DNA of 8,938 nt. Source: a virus. Every line of letters begins with the position of its first letter. Within the stretch, counting starts at the first letter, position 1. A program made the translations under genes and the position numbers. The stretch lies in the IMG/VR virus record IMGVR_UViG_3300009774_000005. The stretch is one strand, 5' to 3'. The notes beneath the pieces are model-generated. The model was not told where the DNA came from. It worked only from the letters and a program-made list of their open reading frames with translations, and ran no database searches. Positions 5,254-8,938 of this stretch are shown piece by piece.

Positions 5254-5268
5254 GTTAGTAGAAGTGAG

Positions 5269-5466
5269 TTAACGTTTTCTCAATAACTGAGAAGAAATGA
5301 GCTTAGAAATAACCTCGACTTTGGTCAGGTTCTTGAAACGCATAAACTCATTCAACGATTCAACCAGCTCACGCGGCAGATCGACAGACAGGGTTACCGT
5401 GTCGTTCTTAGCTCTGTGAGCAGCAACCCGCGCCGCTGGATCAGCATGTATTCGTTTGCGTGGCAT
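5269..5466 (-). CDS. Ribbon-helix-helix (CopG/Arc-like) DNA-binding protein, 65 aa
   Basis: ATG 5466-5464 with SD AAGGA 6 nt upstream. A basic N-tail is followed by a beta-strand-like VTLSVDL and two helix-like segments (PRELVESLNEFMRF, TKVEVISKLISSQL), matching the RHH layout. Confidence 0.65.
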   Translation of the reverse strand: MPRKRIHADPAARVAAHRAKNDTVTLSVDLPRELVESLNEFMRFKNLTKVEVISKLISSQLLRKR

Positions 5467-5509
5467 AAGGTCCTTGAATCGTTACGGGTAACGTTGCGGC
5501 CGCAGGGCA

Positions 5510-6568
5510 TCAACGATGCTTCGCCATGAAAGCGAAAACGTCAGCATCACCAGACGACCGCGACGGGTCAGGAAGTGAACGAATGCCGCTTATGTCGGCC
5601 TTTTGTCCTGGCACCGAGAAACCGAGAATATGGGACTCACAGAAACCGGCCTCCACCACCACCGCAACACCTTCAGAATCGAAGCAGCCGCATTTTTTCG
5701 GCGTGGAGATACATCCGGCCAACTTATGATCTAAAAGAGGCACAGAGGCCGACGCAGGCAACGGCGCGGAAGCAGCAGAAGCAGGAGGCAGCGCGGCAGA
5801 AACCACAACGACCGCAGGAGCAGACGCCACCGCTCGAGGTGCAGAGGCCGTAGAACTAATGCCCTTGCCCGTCATCGCGCCCTTCATGGTGCCGAAGGCA
5901 GCAGGTGCTACGAAAATCCCACCGATCACCGCCAGGACAGGGACCGCCAACCAGAGCGGAACCTTTTGCCTTTGCTTTGTGTGAAGCTGACTTGATTGGT
6001 AGAGCTTGTAAGCCGACTTGGGATAGAACCACTTGGACATGGTGGCGGTCCGGGTGCGGTTCACATCGACAGAGCAGCCATCCCAATCGTAGATAAGCGC
6101 AATCGCCATACCGAGCAAACGCCGGATGTTTTGATGCCGACCAACGAGCCGCCGAACATTCTGGTCGATCAACATGGGATTCTGCGTCAGGATGACGAAA
6201 TCAACGCCCATATGGCGATGAGTTTCGAGCGCCTGAATCATTTTTGGCGGCTTGGTTCCCATGCCACGCGGACGCCACCAGCGTTGAACTTCATCAATCA
6301 CGATCACGTCACCTGGGCGGCACCAGTCGAACCAGTTCCAGACGCCGTTACCTTCACCCGGAAGCCAAGCACCGTCTGATTGTTCGACACCTTCCGCCAT
6401 CAGTTCATGCGGAAGCAACAAGCCTGCGATGCCGTCAACGACCAAGCGCCGATTTAACTCTGATCCATCCTTTTGCTTGACCTTTTCAGCGACGAGCTTT
6501 TGAATGAGGGTTGACACCGCGTAGAGGCTTTTGCCGGAACCGGGAACGCCGGTAATGAGGTAAATCAT
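5510..6568 (-). CDS. Zot-like / pI-type morphogenesis ATPase, 352 aa
   Basis: MIYLITGVPGSGKS is a Walker A at the extreme N-terminus, as in the Zot family. VIVIDEVQ is Walker B-like. There is a mid-protein TM segment (VPLWLAVPVLAVIGGIFVAPAAF). The track start 6655 is GTG. ATG 6568-6566 overlaps the TAA of the upstream gene (TAATG). Confidence 0.9.
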   Translation of the reverse strand: MIYLITGVPGSGKSLYAVSTLIQKLVAEKVKQKDGSELNRRLVVDGIAGLLLPHELMAEGVEQSDGAWLPGEGNGVWNWFDWCRPGDVIVIDEVQRWWRPRGMGTKPPKMIQALETHRHMGVDFVILTQNPMLIDQNVRRLVGRHQNIRRLLGMAIALIYDWDGCSVDVNRTRTATMSKWFYPKSAYKLYQSSQLHTKQRQKVPLWLAVPVLAVIGGIFVAPAAFGTMKGAMTGKGISSTASAPRAVASAPAVVVVSAALPPASAASAPLPASASVPLLDHKLAGCISTPKKCGCFDSEGVAVVVEAGFCESHILGFSVPGQKADISGIRSLPDPSRSSGDADVFAFMAKHR

Positions 6569-6855
6569 TAGGAACCCACAATCCAACGCGTGGCACTTAC
6601 CGCAACCCACATGCCGACCCGCGCCACAAACGCACCAGCGATGATGCCGAGACACTGCGGAATAGCAGCAATAGAGGCCAGCGCGAGAACGTCAGAAGGC
6701 AGGCTAGACCAATTGGTAGTCGCCATATCAATCAGCGACTGCAAAGCCACAGTGACGCCGGTAAACGTCATGGTGCCAATGCCCAAAATCGTCAAGATGC
6801 GCAGGACCATAGGCCCAACCATCGTGAGTAAAAAAGAGGCAAGAGTAACGCCCAT
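6568..6855 (-). CDS. pVI-like minor coat/membrane protein, 95 aa
   Basis: ATG 6855-6853 lies 3 nt after the pIII-like stop, with AAGG upstream. The protein is strongly hydrophobic with several predicted TM stretches. It sits between the adsorption protein and Zot, as gene VI does. Confidence 0.6.
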   Translation of the reverse strand: MGVTLASFLLTMVGPMVLRILTILGIGTMTFTGVTVALQSLIDMATTNWSSLPSDVLALASIAAIPQCLGIIAGAFVARVGMWVAVSATRWIVGS

Positions 6856-6858
6856 GAT

Positions 6859-8163
6859 TTAGACCTTAAACAGTGAAGCCAGCATCCAAGCCGCAACAAA
6901 ACCAGCCATTGCCAAAAAGAGGTATTTCAACATCGCCAAACGATCACACATGGGTTGATACGACAAGCCATAACTGCGACCAATCACGGAAAATTGAAGC
7001 GGCGACGGGCACGCGCTCGAAGAGGCGAAGGCCACCGCCGTAATGGATACCACCGTTGTTTTTTTAACAAGAGGGTCAGCATCAGGCGCAACACCAAATT
7101 TCGCACATCCAAGAGTGTCGGGGTTTACTTGACAAGGGTCAGGAACAGGCTCAGGCGAAGCAATAGGTGTAGTTGTAGTTGTGGGACCCGTAGTTACAGC
7201 ACCAGTAGTATTGTTGACAATAGAAACACTCGTCACCGTAGTTGTAGTGACCTTAGCCCCCTCATAGGTGTAATTATTCGTGGTAGTTGAAGTAGAAGTT
7301 GTATTGGCAACAGGATCATTAACAACCTGTTTAACTGCGGGAGAAGAAGCAGGACCAGTTATAGAAGTTGGTGCAACTGTCACTGATTCCCCAGCTTTGA
7401 TAGCAGCATCCATTGTCTTGGCAAGAGCAGAGGTAGAAGGCCAACCGGACTTCGCGGCAACCGCATCAGCCAAATCCTGAGCGGTAGCAAAAGTAACAGA
7501 AACAGAAGAATAGGGAGGAATAGAACGTGAGGCGATACCCTCGTAATAATCCATAGTTACCCACGTTGGGTGGTCCAAAGGCCAATTCTGAATCTGGCAC
7601 TGAGAACCAGCCAAAACGCCAGAAGCACCAGCATTGCTATGGACAGAAGCCCACCAAGCCGCACCAGAAGCGCAAGCACCAGACTTAGATTTTTCCCAAG
7701 GCAAATTCGCATAGCCCGACCCGTTAGTCATTAAGTACTCAAAACAGCCAGACGCACAGCTTTCACCGATAGTCTCCTTTTGAAAAACGGGTTTCCCATC
7801 AGAACCAACCCGAGCATTAAAACCGAGTTCCTTCGCCAAATCATAGAGGGCCACCCCAACCATTAAGGGCCCTGAAACCTTTACTGCAAAACGACCAATA
7901 GCGGCAGCAACATTAACACCAGGTAACTCACCCAAAACATTTACGGGAATAGTTACCCCACCGGGTGCTACATAACGTTGTGCAGAAGCAAACGTGACAC
8001 CACCCGCCGAAGGTGAAGATGAGTAACGAGCCTGATTGATAGCATCAATCGCCATAGTATTGGCAGTACCAACATTACCCCATTGACTAAAAACAGATTG
8101 AGCAGAAGCCGAACCCATCAAGCAAAAAGTCAGAGCGAGCTCAAGAAGAACGAGTTTCATCAT
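6859..8163 (-). CDS. pIII-like adsorption / minor coat protein, 434 aa
   Basis: The track start 8178 is TTG; ATG 8163 (or 8160) gives MMKLVLLELALTFCLMGSASA/QS, a signal peptide. The globular Cys-containing N-domains are followed by a Thr-rich linker (NTTSTSTTTNN...TTTTTP) and a C-terminal hydrophobic anchor (YLFLAMAGFVAAWMLASLF). This is the g3p architecture. Confidence 0.7.
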   Translation of the reverse strand: MMKLVLLELALTFCLMGSASAQSVFSQWGNVGTANTMAIDAINQARYSSSPSAGGVTFASAQRYVAPGGVTIPVNVLGELPGVNVAAAIGRFAVKVSGPLMVGVALYDLAKELGFNARVGSDGKPVFQKETIGESCASGCFEYLMTNGSGYANLPWEKSKSGACASGAAWWASVHSNAGASGVLAGSQCQIQNWPLDHPTWVTMDYYEGIASRSIPPYSSVSVTFATAQDLADAVAAKSGWPSTSALAKTMDAAIKAGESVTVAPTSITGPASSPAVKQVVNDPVANTTSTSTTTNNYTYEGAKVTTTTVTSVSIVNNTTGAVTTGPTTTTTPIASPEPVPDPCQVNPDTLGCAKFGVAPDADPLVKKTTVVSITAVAFASSSACPSPLQFSVIGRSYGLSYQPMCDRLAMLKYLFLAMAGFVAAWMLASLFKV

Positions 8164-8228
8164 CCGAACACCATCCAAGTGATAAACGCCAGCCCAAACG
8201 CATAAGACATGAGATTGATATCAAACAT
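8160..8228 (-). CDS. 22-aa hydrophobic peptide (g7p/g9p-like candidate), not in the track
   Basis: Hand translation MFDINLMSYAFGLAFITWMVFG*. GAGG about 10 nt upstream. Its TGA (8162-8160) overlaps the pIII-like ATG (ATGATG context). Too short for confident calling. Confidence 0.35.
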   Translation of the reverse strand: MFDINLMSYAFGLAFITWMVFG

Positions 8229-8231
8229 GAT

Positions 8232-8411
8232 TTAAGCCTCAGGACGATCGCGGAAAAGTTTCAAAACTGCCTTAAGACCCCAGATCACACATGCAGTCGT
8301 CCAGATGGCCGCAAAGATCATAGAAACGGCGGTGTAGTCATCTTGCGTAGCAACATAAGGCGAGATAACCAGTGTGCAAGTTGACGTCGGACAACTAACA
8401 GTTGAACCCAT
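8232..8411 (-). CDS. 59-aa coat-like small membrane protein, not in the track
   Basis: ATG 8411-8409 with SD AAGGG 6 nt upstream. Hand translation MGSTVSCPTSTCTLVISPYVATQDDYTAVSMIFAAIWTTACVIWGLKAVLKLFRDRPEA*. It has an acidic patch, one TM helix and a basic tail. Confidence 0.55.
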   Translation of the reverse strand: MGSTVSCPTSTCTLVISPYVATQDDYTAVSMIFAAIWTTACVIWGLKAVLKLFRDRPEA

Positions 8412-8469
8412 AAAAACCCTTCAGAATTTCCCATAGACCCCGATGCACCAGGACCCATGCGAAATCCGA

Positions 8470-8802
8470 CTAATAACGCCAACGATCAACGTCAGCATCA
8501 CCAGTACCGGACGCATTCGACCACTCAGAACCCCATGAACCATCAGCACGACTTACCCGATCCGAATCGGCTAAAGCTTCCGAATATTCCCTATCCTGAA
8601 TGTCATGCGAAGAAGGCGAAGAAGCCAAGCCAGCCGTCGACGAGGACGGAACAAAGCCAAGCAACTGCGCCAACTTAAGGACGCCAAAATAAGCAGCAGC
8701 AGACGCCACCATCATTCCAAGAACCGCGAGAACTGCTACCTTTGCAGCATCAATCCCCGCAGAGGCCAGAACAGCCACCGCCGACGCAGCACCGGCAGCC
8801 AT
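8470..8802 (-). CDS. Coat-protein paralog with an acidic Ser/Asp/Trp-rich C-terminal extension, 110 aa
   Basis: ATG 8802-8800 lies 6 nt after the coat-gene stop codon. Residues 15-49 align without gaps to mature coat residues 32-66, with 18/35 identical (shared core AVLAVL..MV..AAA..GV.K). No signal peptide. The basic tail is replaced by about 60 acidic residues. Confidence 0.6.
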   Translation of the reverse strand: MAAGAASAVAVLASAGIDAAKVAVLAVLGMMVASAAAYFGVLKLAQLLGFVPSSSTAGLASSPSSHDIQDREYSEALADSDRVSRADGSWGSEWSNASGTGDADVDRWRY

Positions 8803-8808
8803 GACCGC

Positions 8809-8938
8809 TTACTTGATGAGGCGCAGAACTTTGCGCACACCATAGACGGCAGCGGCCATCGTGACCATGACGGCGAGAACGGCCAGCACGGCGGTTTGCG
8901 CATCAGCGATGCCAGTGGTAGCAGCGGTAATGTCAACC
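8809..8938 (-). CDS. Major coat protein, 5' end cut by the window end (same gene as 1-194)
   Basis: Stop TAA 8811-8809. The reading frame continues through the terminal overlap. The track ORF 8736-8936 is in a different frame. Confidence 0.8.
   Translation of the reverse strand, partial: VDITAATTGIADAQTAVLAVLAVMVTMAAAVYGVRKVLRLIK
8816..8938. repeat. Terminal overlap, copy 2 (identical to 1-123)
   Basis: Direct comparison: 123/123 identical. Confidence 0.95.

Larger units (their letters stand above)
1..8815 (-). mobile_element. Complete inovirus-like (filamentous ssDNA phage) genome unit of 8815 bp, closed by an exact terminal overlap
   Basis: Canonical inovirus module order on one strand: Rep, ssDNA-binding candidate, small ORFs, signal-peptide coat protein, pIII-like, pVI-like, Zot/pI P-loop ATPase. 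Bases 1-123 equal 8816-8938. No host-type genes flank the unit. Confidence 0.85.

Noticed and set aside
6569-6655. 29-aa N-terminal extension of Zot in the track (MSRHHRWCVCG...)
   Set aside because: The track start is GTG and lies inside the pVI-like gene. Zot-family proteins begin right at the Walker A strand, and ATG 6568 forms a TAATG stop-start overlap.
7130-7330. Apparent tandem repetition (gtagttgtagttgt...) in the pIII-like gene
   Set aside because: It is the antisense of repeated ACN Thr codons that encode the Thr-rich interdomain linker. This is low-complexity coding sequence, not an independent repeat element.
8736-8936. 66-aa track ORF at the window end
   Set aside because: It is in the wrong frame relative to the coat gene, whose translation runs seamlessly across the circular junction and has canonical coat architecture.

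Overview
The window holds one complete filamentous-phage (inovirus-like) genome. Bases 1-123 are identical to 8816-8938, which gives an 8815-bp circular or tandem unit whose junction falls inside the major coat protein gene. All genes but one are on the minus strand. Read 5'->3' on the minus strand, starting at the divergent switch region (3593-3720), the order is: short C5-methyltransferase-like protein; two small ATGA-coupled ORFs; Rep_trans/RstA-like replication initiator; putative ssDNA-binding protein; 77-aa ORF; 48-aa zinc-ribbon ORF (absent from the ORF track); major coat protein; coat-protein paralog with an acidic tail; two small membrane peptides (absent from the track); pIII-like adsorption protein; pVI-like protein; Zot/pI assembly ATPase; RHH regulator; AT-rich non-coding island; 73-aa ORF; small serine recombinase. 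The only plus-strand gene is a Cro/CI-like repressor candidate, transcribed divergently from the long operon. I found no secretin gene, tRNA, rRNA or CRISPR array. The ORF track counts TTG/GTG as Met, so several starts were re-set by hand (Zot, pIII-like, recombinase, Rep, MTase-like). The most unusual items are: (1) the roughly 240-aa methyltransferase-fold protein with almost no target-recognition domain, at the head of the replication operon; (2) two near-identical 60-bp hairpin elements bracketing the zinc-ribbon gene just upstream of the coat gene; (3) a duplicated coat protein whose basic DNA-binding tail is replaced by an acidic extension; (4) an AT-rich island carrying three GGTTGG repeats phased at 11 bp; (5) a four-site operator array in the switch region. 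All functional calls rest on hand-read motifs, architecture and synteny; no database search was possible.
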